Numbered from the stretch's first letter, positions 51,501-64,000 are shown. The stretch is DNA of 64,000 bases from Azolla caroliniana (GCA_043228905.1 JBHGNT010000007.1:868001-932000), one strand, 5' to 3'. Numbers and translations: made by a program. Notes: a model not told the origin generated them from the letters alone.

Positions 51501-52170
51501 GGGCTGTCATCCTCGATGGACGATGAATGCGCATCCAGAAGTTCCTACCAACCCTGCTGCCGAGGATCGTCTTAGTCGCCTCCAAGAAATTCAAGCTAAC
51601 ATTCTCCACAATTTGCACGATGCTCAATTTACACACAAGAGGCTTGCCGATCGTCATCGTCTAGACTCCTCAAAAAAGTTCCGCATTGGGGATCATGTAT
51701 GGCTTCTCCAACACAACATCAAGACCACTCGACCTTGCAGTAAATTGGATTACCAACGTTTTGGCCCTTACATGATCACTGGTAAGATAAGTGATGTTGC
51801 ATTTCGTCTTGACCTCCCTCCGCACATGCATCTTCATCCGGTGTTTCATGTATCCCTTTTGGAACCTTATACTACAAGTTCAATTCCGGGCCGTCTTACG
51901 ACACCCCCACCACCTGTCGAGTTCTTGGACGGGCCTGAATTTGAAGTTGCTGCCGTTCTCGATTCTAAAATCGTGCGCAACAAGTTGTATTACTTGGTCG
52001 ATTGGTTAGGCTATACCCCCAATGATCGAACTTGGGAACCTGCCACAAATCTTTCCAATGCTGCAGAACTCGTCAATGCATTTCATCGCCAATATCCTTG
52101 TAAACCAGGTCCTAATACAAACCCTACGACCCGTGAGACGTGTCGTCGAAGAAGGGGGATAGTGTCATGA
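48520..52170 (+). CDS. pol: Pol: protease-RT-RNaseH-integrase-chromodomain, in the -1 frame relative to gag
   Basis: LLDSGA, YLDD, DASDFALG/NYEIHDKELL, HHCC, SDRGPQF, TERTNQ and chromodomain FEVAAVLDS..YLVDWLGY...TWEP. Frame is open from 48490 and overlaps the gag end. No ATG start. Confidence 0.95.
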   Translation, partial: VKRVSPAKIGAIWLDHPSYVELVPSRGSISSNQVSRVFSAQVELTTSTCHRVLASALLDSGANSCFMDREFALSQNILLNKLPNPVAVGVIDGRPIASGDIVEESEPIRIVLGNLASLISFNIIRSPDHPIVLGLPWFELHNPKIDWMKRTIEETREKSTNPASLSPTCANRSPELSPISLRQLREEGGNEAMFVFAIVATPSSTSRDADIKLPEIYKEFSDVFDKVKANTLPEHRPYDCPIDLQPGKEPPWGPIYNLSPVELETLREYIDENLANGFIRHSRSPAGAPIFFVKKKNGTLRLVVDYRGLNKVTIRNRYALPLIPNILERLSGAKYFTKLDLRGAYNLVRIRPGDEWKTAFRTRYGHFEYTVMPFGLTNAPAVFQHMANDIFRDFLDIFTIVYLDDILIYSKTQEEHDAHVRQVLCRLREYGLYAKLEKCSFGQNQVEFLGYVVSSNGIAMDPMKVQAILEWQTPLSVRDVQCFLGFANFYRKFIKDYSKVVLPLTQLTHKDQPFIWSSDASEAFESLKRAFTTAPILAHVDPTKRFILEADASDFALGSVLSQTGDDGQLHPVAFHSRKFEAAEINYEIHDKELLAIVDSFQQWRHFLEGSSQQIIVYNDHKNLTYFQNARVLSRRQARWAQFLTHFDFIIIYRPGMQQGKADALSRRSYMELRPGEPAFEHQKQILLGPNRLRLMVVNAITALENSTLLDSIRDHMATDDFVKDVLDHIVPDRASCSQSKNPRNDYCQFYWHDGFLFRQNLLYVPDGPPRLQVLQHCHDSPMAGHFGVHKTLELISRCYWWPHLRHFVEEYVRSCDICCRSKNPRHRPYGLLQPLPIPETPWKSISLDFITDLPVSKGFDAILTVVDRFTKMAHFLPCTKSITSQETADLVMREVFKHHGLPDDIISDRGPQFISKFWKHLFKLLHISVKLSSGYHPETNGQTERTNQTLEQYLRCFINYQQDDWVAFLHLAEFAYNNSAHSSTGYSPFFANTGCHPRWTMNAHPEVPTNPAAEDRLSRLQEIQANILHNLHDAQFTHKRLADRHRLDSSKKFRIGDHVWLLQHNIKTTRPCSKLDYQRFGPYMITGKISDVAFRLDLPPHMHLHPVFHVSLLEPYTTSSIPGRLTTPPPPVEFLDGPEFEVAAVLDSKIVRNKLYYLVDWLGYTPNDRTWEPATNLSNAAELVNAFHRQYPCKPGPNTNPTTRETCRRRRGIVS

Positions 52171-55100
52171 TAACAGTCACATCATGCATCGAAAGGATCA
52201 TGACACTCACATTATGACTCGAAAGGATTTGAACCCACGACCTTGTTGTACACATGTCAAATCCTTAACCATTGTATTAATATTCTTATATGTATAGTCT
52301 CTAGAATATGAAATCTAATATCATAGGAATATTCTATATTACTCTACATTCTAGAATGACCTAGAATATTCTAGAGTGTTCTATACCACTAGAACCTTCT
52401 AGAATACTCTAGAGATCTTCTAGATTACTCTACATTCTAGGATAACCTAGAATATTCTAGAGAGTTCTCTATTACTTATAAATAGGGATCTACCACCCAT
52501 CCCAAACTTAAATTGGTTCAACGCCATTTTGTAGCCTACTCTTTGTAATCCATTTTACGCTTCAATATAATAATTCTCTTTCAATTATCTCTCTATCTCT
52601 TTTTCTCTCTCTTTCTCTCTCTCAGTCTTGACACTGACTACCCAGCATGGGAGCAAACGACAAGCTGTGTGTTGTATTGCTTTGCATCATGCGTTCATGG
52701 TCACATGCTCAGCTATATTCGAGAGGCAAAAATGCCAAAAGAAGCTTGGGCCAACCTCAAGAAATTTTCGCAGCCAACATGGTGGCACACAAGCTTCAAC
52801 ACCGTCAAGGGTTGAACAATATGCAACAAAGGGATATGTCAATCGCTAACTATACTTTGAAGATCAAGGAGCTGTCTGACGCCCTCAAATCAATCAACGT
52901 TATCATTGATGATGATGAAATGATGCAAATATGCTTGGTGGCCTAGCACCACGATTTGGCAAGATCAGATCGGTCATCCTTGCAAGGGAGAATCCTCCCT
53001 CATTTTTTTATCTGCAGTCGATATTGTTGGTTGAAGAAAATCACATCCGACAAAGGAACAATGTGCCCGATGGTAAGATGCTCTACTCCTAGTCAGATGA
53101 GGGAAGAGGGTTCGGCCGAAGAAATAGAGACTGAAGAAATAGAGGCTGATTCGGACGAGGCCGACAGGGTCAACTAATCTGAGAACACAATTCCCACCAT
53201 TGGCAGGAGGCCAGGAACACTGCCAAGGAGTTCGACAAAAGAGGGAGCCACCTTGCCGGACCAAGCCACCAAAACAACCCGATCGAATGTGGGTACTTTG
53301 GAAAACTCGGGCACTACGAAGAGGAGTGTTGAAAGAAGAAACGAGAGTTAGCTTCGACTAGCCGACAACCTCATGAACTATGCCATGAATTCTGATTATG
53401 ATGACCATGGTAGAATGTTCGTAATGAGGCATAAAGCACACTCGATGTTAGCACACAATTCGACTGACACCTTTCCTTTAGACAATGTATGGTTTGTCAA
53501 CTCTAGAGCGTCCAATCACGTGACGTCTCACGAAGGTTGGTTTCGAGAGTTGAGGAAGCCTGATTGACCTAGCTATGTCGTAATTGGTGATAACACAACT
53601 CACCTCATTCAGCATGTCAGAAATGTCCCATTCGGGAATAATGGCAAACAAACCTCCCTCAAGAACGTTCTCCATGTCCCAACCATCACAAAAAATATGG
53701 TCTCAATCAGCCATATAGTAGAACAAAGCATACAAGTGTGATTCAACAATGAAGGGCGCATCATTGAAAAAGATGATCGACTTGTATCTCACGGTCAATG
53801 AGAAGGTTGAATGTTCATCCTCGAGTCGAACGAGGTAAAGTCGGCCATGTTTGCGAAAGGCCTCAAAGAAGAAATCGACTTGAAACCTATGGCACAAGAG
53901 AATCGACCACATCAACCATCAGAAGCTCCAAAACATGCAATCGAAAGGAGTCATCATCGAACTATCGAATTTTACAGAAAGAGAGAGCACTAGCATATGT
54001 GAGGTGTGCCAATTCAGGAAACAACACCGACATTCATTCTTGAAAGAGAGGAATGTGAGCAAAGGATTCTTGGAGGTAATCCACTCTGACATATGGGGAC
54101 CAATATAGGCATCCACATTCGGCGGAGGCCGATATTAGGTCACATTCATAGACAACTTCTCGAAGCACACCTAGATCTACCCTATGCGGCAAAAGAGCGA
54201 CATGTTTGGACACTTCCAAAAATTTAAGAATGAAGTTGAAAAAGCCATAGGTCAGCATGTCCGATGCCTTCGATCAGATGGGGGAATATACAACTTATCT
54301 CCGAAAGGAAGGAATTCGATAAGAATTCTCTTGCCAATACACACCTTAGCAAAAGGGAGTAGCCGAACGAAAGAAATGACACATATTAGAGGTGACAAGA
54401 ACAATGATGAACGAAAAGAACCTGTTGAAGTCGTACTAGGCAGAAGCGGCTAACACAATCGTCTATCTCATGAATAAGTGTACAACCTCTAGGGTACACG
54501 ACGTAACCCCTCACGAAAAGTTCTTTGGAAAAAAACTAGATTTATCCCACGTTCGGATATTTGGCTCAATCACTTATGTGCATGTTCCCGACGAGAAGCA
54601 ACAAAAGCTTGATCCTAAGTTGGATATATGTATCCTCGTGGGGTGCAAATGTTACAATCCATCAACTTGAACAAAAGGGGTACTCACATGAACAAAAGGG
54701 GTACAAATGTTACAATCCATTGACTTGAAAAGTTTGAGTGAGTCGGGACGTCATCATTGATGAGTCGGCATCCTGGTATGATCCAGAGATGACTCAAACT
54801 CCATTTGACCCGAACTCGGCCGACCAAGAGATAGGAGATGAAGATCAACTTAGGTATATGTTTGAAGAAAGTCTAATTACGACCAGTCTGAGCGGACCAC
54901 AAGAGCCTCTGAGTGATCAAACCACATTTTGGTCGAGTCCAAAGCTCAACAAATGCAAGGTCAAAATGCCGTAGTATGAGCACCAAATCGACAAAAAGTC
55001 AACACACTCACTCAATAGGGAACTCGAAGGTCTTGATACCCCAATTATTCAAACAAATGGTGTTGTGAAATGAACCGTGGACTGACAAGAAGATATGCGG

Positions 55101-55687
55101 TGTTATCTGTGGGATAGAATAGTAATTACCGTGTGAAACGAATCCAGATACGCGTAGGTAAAGACAACCATAAAGGAGGAAGGAACGAAATACATGCTGC
55201 ACACCGAGCGGGAAAGGAAAACTATCGCCGACTGTTTTTTCGGATTGCCGAAAAAGCTTTCTCATAGTGGCTTCCACCCCGTACCATAGTCCCCTTACCC
55301 GATTACCATAGGAGTAATCGAAGGTGTTGCTTCCGAGAAGGAGACAACACAATTTGGCACGCCCGGTTCACGCTCTGCATTACAACGAACAACGTCGATG
55401 GATACCACCAGCTGCCATTATGGCGCCCAACCATCTTACCCGCTCTCGGCTCCCATCCCGTCGTGCCGAGCCAGTTGAGGATACTGCTGATTCCGCAGTC
55501 ACACAACACTCATCACCAGAACCCCCTGAATCGCATTCCTCACTAGTCATCCCTGATACACAATCACATATCGGCCCCGATCTCGCCACTCCTCCAAGTC
55601 CTCTGGAAGTCACTCAACAATCCGAGTTCAACCTCTTTCTGGCTCTATTGGAAGACCTAGATTTCGACACAATGACGTACCCCTATA

Positions 55688-55910
55688 CCCTAATTACTCA
55701 AATTCAAACTTTTCAAAACTATGCAGCATTCATTTTTCAATTTGGTATCTGTAATTGTCTTCATTTTTCAAAACTTAGCATTGAGAATTTGTATTGTTTC
55801 AAACCCAGTTTCATAGAAATTGTTTAATGCATGTGAATTTGTTAATCTTCCTTCGTCATTTAATGTTGTTTCAACTTTAATATTCTAGCCATGAATATTG
55901 AATCATGTTT
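55688..55910 (+). repeat. Third copy of the GATA gene 3' flank
   Basis: cctaattactcaaattcaaac...gaatattgaatcatgttt matches ~41019-41235. Confidence 0.85.
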
Positions 55911-56436
55911 AAATGCTTAAAAATATATTCATATGCAGTTTTGGGTGTTATCTGAGCATTAACTAAGAGACTCCTCCATGGAGTCTCTAAAGGTCTCTAA
56001 TGTTGTCCTAGAAACAACTTCAAGAATTAAATTTGCCAAGGACCTTGATGAATTATTCCAATGGAGGCATCCATCAAAAGCTATGTGGGTGAATGTAAGT
56101 GTGTGTTTACACACAAGTGTGGTTGAGCTCAAACTTCTTAACATGGCACTCGAGCTTAGTTGTGTCGTATCATCATTCGCACGAATAGGTTGATATCGTT
56201 GTAACGGGTTGGTAATTCTTCTTTAGGATAAATGCAATAGGATGTGTAGGCATTGGATCCAAAAAAAATGCAAACTCTCTATCATATGAAAAACGTCAGA
56301 CCACCATCGAGGCAGTTTCCTTCATAATATTTCACTTATTTATTTATTATTTTCCACACCCCCCCCCCCCCAATTGGAAATTTCTAGAACTATAGATTTT
56401 CATGTTTGTCTTCAATTACTTCAATTAATTCAACTT

Positions 56437-59253
56437 TGTAAAGAATCGATGGTGATTCTTGTGCAGCAGAATAGACTAGAGATATGTGTTGTGAGTGTGT
56501 GTGTATGAGAGAGAGAGAGAGAGAGAAACACAATATAGATTTGAACAACAATAGAATACTCAAGAAGATGTATATTACAAAGGAGATTAATTGACCTAAT
56601 TACAAAGTAGGAGGAGAGTGCTTTATATAGTCACTCTCTCTCTTCATTAACTACCGAAGCTCATGGGTCATGGGGAATGTAAAAACTCATTAGTTATGTG
56701 TCATAGAATATGATTCTATGACACATAGTTAATGTGTAAATAAGAGTGGTGACTTTTGACCTTTGAGTGCACACTCTCAAGGGTGTGTTCACACACTAGA
56801 CTAGGTTGAGCTTGATTCTCAACACGCCCCCTCAAGCTCAACTTTGGTCGGCTACTTCGGTTGATGTCTGCTTCGGCTCGTATCCGGTTCGGACGGTATC
56901 CGGTTTTTGCTTGTACTCTCCCTCAAGCTTGGCAAGTCAAGGACCATCAATCCAAGGTCTGACGGGAATTGCTGAAGCTTGTCGGCTCCTAGGGCTTTCG
57001 TGAAGAGGTTGGTTGTTTGAAGATTCGTAGTGATATGTTGAAGGTTGACATCGCCAGCTTGAACACGCTCTCGAATGAAGTGATAGTGCACTTCGATATG
57101 CTTCGTGCGTGCGTGGAACACCGGGTTCCAAGCCAGATAAATACTGCTCATGTTGTCGCAATAAAGGAGAATCAGATCTTTGATGGGAACGCCCAGATCC
57201 TTTAATATCCTCTTGAGCCATACGACTTCACATGCAACCACCGTTGCGCCCCTATATTCGGCCTCTGTGCTCGAAAGAGCAACGGTTGGTTGCTTCTTGC
57301 TACTCCAGGAGATGGCTCCACTTCCGAGGGAGAAGATGAAACCAGAGGTTGATCGTCGGTCGGCTTTGTAGCCTGCCCAGTCGACATCTGTGTACCCCTC
57401 GAGTTGAATTGGCGTGGCCGACTTATAGAGAATGCCATAGTCCATCGTTCCGCTCACGTATCGTATCACGTGAGCATTTGCGTGAACTGGCTAAGAAGGC
57501 CGACCGGATAGCTTAGGTCCGGTCGAGTGATCGTGAGATAGATAAGACTACCGATCAGTTGTCGATACTGAGTCCGCTCACACTCTGTGGTGCTAGAATT
57601 GGCATCTAATTTGAGGTTTCCGTGGAGAGGTGTTGCCACAAACTTGCACTCAGTTATCCCGAACTTGTATAACAAGTTCAGAATGTAGTGCTGTTGGGAG
57701 ATCATAATCCCGGCTGGAGTCCGAATTACATCTATGCCAAGGAAGTAATGGAGCTCTTTCATGTCTGTCATCTCGAATTTGTTGGAAAGGAGGGATTTGA
57801 CCTTGTTGATGTCGACTAGCTGCTCACCTCCAATGACCAAATCATCCACGTACAGGATGATGAAGATCAGACTTTCAGAATCGCTTCTTACATAGAGAGA
57901 ATTGTCGGATTTTGACATTTGGAAGTTGATTCGATGAAGATATTGTGTTATCTTCGAGTGCCAAGCACGTGGTGCTTGCTTAAGGCCGTAGAGAGGCTTC
58001 TTGAGTTGGCATACGTCTTTTAGATTAATGTTGGATTCAAAGCTAGGTGGTTGTACCATGTACACCTCTTCTAATTCGCCTTGAAGAAAAGCGTTCTTGA
58101 CATCCATCTGGTGGAGGTGCCACCCTTTCACTGCTGCAAGCACTATCATTGCTGCAAGCGGATTCTCTCGTGCTAGTACGGCGGCCTGCATCGCGCCGAA
58201 TCGTGGTGCAAGGCCGCCGAAGCATACTTCCACCATTTCGTCATCCTCCACATTGACGCTTATCGAGCCGAGTGCATCACAAAGCTCCTTGATCTTCAAG
58301 GTGTAGCTTGTGATCGACATATCTTGTTGTTGGATGTTGTTCAACTCTTGGCGGAGTTGAAGCTTTCGTGCCGTTGTATTGGTGGTGAATATCTTCCTTA
58401 GATTCTCCCATGCTTCCTTTGCCGTCATGGCTTCTTGAATGTAGCCGAGCATGTGATCATGAACACATGTCGCCAAACAATACATTACTCGACTCGCCGC
58501 TTGCTCCCATGTTGAGTAGTCGGCGTCTTCCGAGTCGGGTCGGTTTTCTTGTACTCCCTTGATGTAACCCCACTAGCCTTGGCCGACAAGGTATTGGTGC
58601 ATCCTGTACTCCCAAGATGCAAAGTTATTTCGATCCAACTTCTCGCTAGGGAGAGCGCTCCCCATTTGAGTATTCATGGTGTTTGATGTAGATTTTCTTC
58701 TTCTTCTTCTCTCTTGAATACGAGTTGTGTAGCTGCACTACAATAGCGATGAGCCGGTTCTTCTTGAATGCCGATGTGGAGCACAACACATGCAGATGGG
58801 CTAGATCGAGCTATCAAACCACTCTGATACCATGTAAATAATCGATGGTGATTCTTGTGTAGCGGAATAGACTAGAGATATGTGTTGTGAGTGTGTGTTG
58901 TGAGTGTGTGTATGAGAGAGAGAGTGAGTGAGAGTGAGAGTGAGAGTGAGAGAGAAACACAATATGGATTTGAACAACAATAGAATACTCAAGAAGATGT
59001 ATATTACAAAGGAGATTAATCGACCTAATTACAAAGTGGGAGGAGAGTGCTTTATATAGTCACTCTCTCTCTTCATTAACTACCAAAGCTCATGGGTCAT
59101 GGGGAATGTGAAAACTCATTAGTTATGTGTCATAGAATACGATTCTATGACACATAGTTAATGTGTAAATAAGAGTGGTGACTTTTGACCTTTGAGTGCA
59201 CACTCTCAAGAATGTGTTCACACACTAGACTAGGTTGAGCTTGATTCTCAACA
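56437..59253 (-). mobile_element. Internally deleted non-autonomous copia element C (same family as A)
   Basis: LTRs at 56437-56824 and 58833-59253. TSD AACTT. PBS at 58821-58832, PPT beside 56824. gag is joined directly to RT at ~58150, so protease and integrase are missing. Confidence 0.93.
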
Positions 59254-59269
59254 AACTTGCTTGCTACAA

Positions 59270-59780
59270 ATAATGCCCTTACAATGTTGAAGAGGGGAGT
59301 AAATTTTGGTTCTTTCTTCTTTGTTTCAATGAGATCGCAAAGAAAGTGATGTTTCAAGTCCACATAATGTATGTTGTCACTCATCTTCGAATTGTTGGCT
59401 AGCTTGATTGAAAATTGATTATTGCAGAACGAAGTGTTGTTTCAAGTCCACGTGACGTACGTTGTCAGTCATTTTCGGGTTGTTAGCTAGATTGATGCAA
59501 GACTAATTAGCGCAGAACAAATTCATTGTTAAAACAGTAAATAAGTTGAATTCCTTGAGCACTGATTTAATCAAAATGCCTTCTTTGGCCACTAGAGCAG
59601 CGACTACATATTCAACTTCGGTGGATGATAATACTACAATAGACTATTTCTTTGACTTCCAAGAAATTACAACATCAGCTAGTGTGTAGATATGACCACC
59701 TATTGACTTGTGGTTGTCCACATCTTTGCCCCAATCGGAGTTAGTCCAAACAATTAGCTAACAAGAGGGGTTTTCCCATT
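59270..59780 (-). mobile_element. Degenerate copia RNaseH fragment
   Basis: Minus strand reads SDWGKDVDNHKSIGG..ISWKSKK..LSSTEVEYV and H.DLKHHF. Confidence 0.7.
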
Positions 59781-59886
59781 CTTGCACTGGTAAGGTTGGC
59801 TCAAATTGTGTGGCCAAGTGTTGAATACCGGTGTCTAATTGCTGTATTCACACTGTCCCTTGGACAGACTAGGTTTAGGACAACTC

Positions 59887-62800
59887 TGTAAATATGTCAA
59901 AGGGAAGGTGACTTAGCTTGTTAGTATATAAACAGGTTTGTAAGCTAGCTATAGAAAGTAGCGTGCGGAAGCAAGTATGAAGACCGAACAGAAGGAAGGA
60001 AACTCAGGTTTAATGGAGAGCTTGAGCTTACACGGTATACGCGGGAGAGACAGAAAGAGAGTGAGAGAGAAGACACAAAAAACTATATTCAATAGTAATA
60101 CTCAATCTGTACATAAGACGTGCTTCAGTGAACACTTTTATACAAGTCCTAGAAGGACTGACCGAAGTACTGACAGTACTTCAATGCTCATTAAGAGCTC
60201 CTACACTAACTCCCAAATATATTCCTCACGGAATATCTTTCCTAACGACCTCCCGGTGTACGCACTCGGCCTAACCGATCGGTCCCAACCAATCCGGTCC
60301 TCGGCTTCTTCAGCCGATCCGGCCGATGTTGAGCTTGTCTCTCAACACTCCCCCTCAAGCTCAACTCGAGGCTCTTCGGGATCCTCGGGCTCACAGCTCC
60401 GGTTCCTCCTGGCTTCACGCCTCGCTCGCGCTCCTCGACCTGTTCGACTCCGCGCGCTTCGACCCTTCCGGTCGGCTTGTCTGCTCATGCGGCCCTTATC
60501 AACTCTTCTGCTATTGCGGTGTCGACACTTCTTCTGATGCCTTTTCTTCCGCTTGGGCCTCGGTTGATTCAGCGTATCTGAATCAAACATCCGAACCGAC
60601 TCGACTACTTCCGATCGGTTTTCGCTCTCGTCCGAGTTGGCTGTCTCCAACTCGTCTTCGGTCTTCTCGCCCTCGATGGCGTCATCTTCCCTATGCGTGG
60701 TTGGCTTCGGCTCTCTCCTTCGGTTGCTCCCCTTCTGTCTGCTTCTGAACTTTTCTGCGGGTCCGTCCTCGGTTTCTTCAGCCGATCCGAAGTCGAACTT
60801 GTCAACCGACTCGGTGTCGCGGTCTCCGCTCCTTTCCTGCTGCCTTGCTTGGTCATTCGGGACTATTCTCCCCCTCAAGTTTGGCACATCAAGGTGACGC
60901 AACCCGAGCGCACCTGAGAATTGCCGCAACTTGTCCAGACCAAGAGGCTTGGTGAAGATGTCGGCAGCCTGCCGATCCGTCGGAACGTACTGAAGTTCGA
61001 CTTCACCGGAAAGGACACGCTCACGGACGAAATGGTAGTGCACCTCAATGTGCTTGGTCCGTGCGTGGAAAACAGGGTTTTTCGCGAGCTGGATGCTGCT
61101 GAGGTTGTCGCAGTAGATCGTCGTCGGATCGGACACCTCCTCTTGCAGGTCCTTAAGTAGCCGCTTCAACCATATGGCTTCGCATGTCGCGACCGCCGCT
61201 CCTCGGTACTCCGCTTCAGTGCTCGACAGTGCAACTGTCGGCTGCTTCTTACTGCTCCACATGATCGCAGCACTCTCGAGGGAGAACGCGTATCCGGACG
61301 TGGATCGGCGATCGGCGGCGTTACCAGCCCAATCAGCATCGGTGTAGCCGACTAACTGTGCGGCTGCACCGGTCCGATATAGCAGTCCCCGGTCCTTAGT
61401 GTCGTTGACATACCGAAGTATGCGTTGCGCACACTGAAGGTGCTCCTCGATAGGTCGCGCCATGAACTGACTGATCACCCCGACCGGATAACTCAGGTCG
61501 GTTCGGGTGATGGTCAAGTATATGAGGCTTCCGACAATTTTTTGGAACCTCGTCGGGTCACATACCTTTCCCGTATCAGGACGAAGCTTGACGCTACCCT
61601 AAACAGGATTCGAGACGGACTTACAGGCTGCCATCCCGAATTTGAAGAGCATACTAGACACGTAATGTCGTTGGCTGATCAATATGCCTTCGGGGGTACA
61701 GATCACTTCGATCCCGAGGAAGTAATGAAGGTCCCCCAGATCCTTCATGTCGAACGATGCCGCAAGTTGGAGCTTCACGCGGTCGATTTCACCTAGGTCG
61801 GCGTCGGTGATGACCAAGTCATCAACATATAGTAGAATACTAACCGGTCCGAGTCGACCTTTCCGGATGAACAGGGAAGAGTCCGATTTTGACGTGACGA
61901 AGCCCATCCGACGCAGTTGTTGCGTGATCTTCGCATTCCAGGCACGCGGGGCTTGCTTCAGTCCGTAAAGGGACTTCTTCAGTCGGCATACTGCTGAGGA
62001 GTTCGTTCCGGAGTGAAAACCGGGGGGTTGTACCATGTACACCTGTTCCTCAAGGTCACCTTGCAGGAACGCATTCTTTACATCCATTTGATGTAAGTGC
62101 CACCCCTTCGCCGCAGTTACTGCCAGCAAAACACGAACGGTCGTCATTTTTGCGACCGGCGCAAACGTCTCATCGTAGTCGATGCCGTGTTTCTGCGCGT
62201 AGCCTTTTGCCACTAGTTGAGCCTTGTACCGGTTGACCGAGCCATCGGTGTTGTGCTTGACCTTGTACACCCACCTACACCCGATCGGCTTCACACCTCT
62301 TGGTGCGTCAACCAGGTCCCAGGTCTCGTTCTCCGCCAATGCGTGCATCTCTTCCTCCATCGCGGCGCGCCAATTCGCGTCCTTCGCCGCTTCTGCGTAG
62401 CTCTCCGGCTCACACACTTCCGCTACACGGGTCATGTATGCATAATGATGCGCCATGTACTCGTTGTAACCGAACCGCACAATTGGGTTCTTTTGGCGAG
62501 TAGATCGGCGTAATCTCACATTAGCCGATGTCGAGGCCTTCTCAGTCGACGCGGCCTTCACCTTTAAAGACCCGTCACCGGTTCCCTCGGAGTCGGACTC
62601 GCGTCGGTATGACTCGTTCCTTTCCGTGCCGGAATCCGACACCTTCTTCTTCCCTTTCTCTTTGCGCGTAAGCCGTCTCCTCGGCTTCCTGCGTGGGGAA
62701 TGCGCGGCCGAGTCTCCACTACTCGCCGGCTCTTCATCGGACTGGTCGTACCGACTCAGTCGTGCAATCGGTCCACTTAACCGGAGTGAAATTGGACTCT

Positions 62801-63300
62801 CTTCGCGAGTCTCGATTTCAGGCTCATCCGGAGGCATCTCGGCCTCGCTGACCTCATCGTCAGAGCTCGGATGGGAGTCGAGGTTCGTAGTCGGGGGCAG
62901 GTACCAGGACGCGGACTCGTCAAACACAACGTCGCGGCTGACACGTGCTTGTTTGTTGCGAGGGTTATAACACTTATAACCCTTCTGCTCGTCCGAGTAA
63001 CCGACCAAGATGCATTTCTCGGCCTTTGCGTCCAGTTTCCTCCTTTTCTCCTTCGGTACATGCACATACGCAATGCTACCGAACACCCTCAAGTGTCGCA
63101 AGTTCGGCTTCGTTCGGAAATATAGCTCGTGCGCCGACACTTTGTCTCCGATCCGGTTCTGGATGTATACCGCGGTCCTTACCGCCTCGGCCCAATAGAA
63201 CTTGGGCAAGCTCTTCTCCTCCAGCATTGCCCGTGCCGCTTCCACAATTGACCGATTCTTTCTCTCGGCCACGCCGTTCTGCTCTGGCGTGTATCTACAA
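59887..63300 (-). mobile_element. 3' part of copia element D (related to B): integrase C-terminal part, RT, RNaseH, 3' LTR
   Basis: ORFs 61599-63389 and 60342-61517 (YKAQLVAKG, QMDVKNAFL, LLYVDD, YTDADWAG, ARTKHIEVHYHF). PPT at 60348-60361 and LTR 59887-60347. 5'-truncated at ~63300. Confidence 0.9.
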
Positions 63301-64000
63301 CTGAATGGGTTGAAAAAAATGGTAAGAGAGCTTATGGACAAGCTGGCTTTCGAAAACACCATAGTACCATTGATCATCTTGTCAACCATTCGAGTATTAA
63401 TGGAGGAAAGTTGCCTTAGAGGTAAAGGTTTATATTATTGCTTTGTAGACTTCAAGAAAGCTTTTGATATGGTACCTCATGAGCATCTTTGGAGGCGAAT
63501 GGAATAACTTAGGTGCCAAGTGAATATATGCTTGCAATTTCCCGCATATATGAGAAGGTTATATGTTGTGTGCGTATGAGACATAGACTTTCAGATTTTT
63601 TCAATAGCACTATTGGTGTTAAGCAAGGATGCCCACTTTCACCAACATTATTTTGTCTATGCATTAATTAATTGGAAGAAATGATTACCAAGTTTGCAAA
63701 GGAAGAATGTGTTGAAGACATTGCCATTGGGAATGTTGTGATTATGCTTTTGCTATATGCAAATGATGTAGTGCTTTTTGCAAATACTTTAGGAGATGCA
63801 CAAAAGCTTATGAAGGCATTGGAAAAAATTTGCATGCATACTAAATTAAGTGACAATAGCTCTAAAACAAAGATTATGCTTGTCATGAGCCAAAAAAGAG
63901 ATAAACCATGCATTATGTACAACAATGAGCCACTTTAATGTGTGGAAAGATTGAAATATCTTAGCCTTGAAGTTCCTTCAAATCATAGATGGAATGAATG
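63300..64000 (+). mobile_element. LINE (RTE-like) reverse transcriptase fragment
   Basis: GFRKHHSTIDH, CFVDFKKAFD.VP, GVKQGCPLSP, LLYANDVVL, KTKIM. Contains stops. Confidence 0.85.

Larger units (their letters stand above)
46848..52633 (+). mobile_element. Intact Ty3/gypsy chromovirus (Tcn1/Tf1-sushi-like)
   Basis: 471-bp LTRs at 46848-47318 and 52163-52633 with no mismatch seen by eye. TSD CTGAC. PPT gaagaagggggatag. Uninterrupted gag and pol. Confidence 0.97.
46258..55070 (+). mobile_element. Old degenerate copia element (related to element A), interrupted by the gypsy insertion
   Basis: LTR ~46258-46586 and PBS TGGTATCAAAG at 46587. gag (ESALPTNKLDKTNVASWEYKMHQYL) continues after 52638 into protease (WFVNSRASNH) and integrase (CLRSDGG). 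Truncated before RT. Confidence 0.85.

Overview
Eukaryotic plant genomic DNA, probably a non-seed plant such as a fern (inferred from a Tcn1-like chromovirus and the gene structures). The window is mostly nested retroelements: several Ty1/copia elements, two Ty3/gypsy elements and LINEs. A gene island at about 23-45 kb holds (i) an apparently intact 17-exon gamma-clade RNA-dependent RNA polymerase (RDR3/4/5-like) with the canonical DLDGD motif in place of the usual DFDGD, (ii) a divergent orphan gene with an MGCGAS acylation signal, (iii) a HAN-domain B-class GATA factor whose first intron carries a telo-box-rich minisatellite, (iv) a partial DNA-level duplicate of that GATA gene fused behind a copia LTR-PBS-gag, and (v) a small secreted, possibly GPI-anchored peptide gene. 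The most striking element is an intact, very young gypsy chromovirus at 46848-52633. It has apparently identical LTRs, a self-priming PBS, a -1 frameshift heptamer with a pseudoknot, and an in-register heat-shock-element array in its LTR. All alignments and counts were made by eye and no database searches were run.
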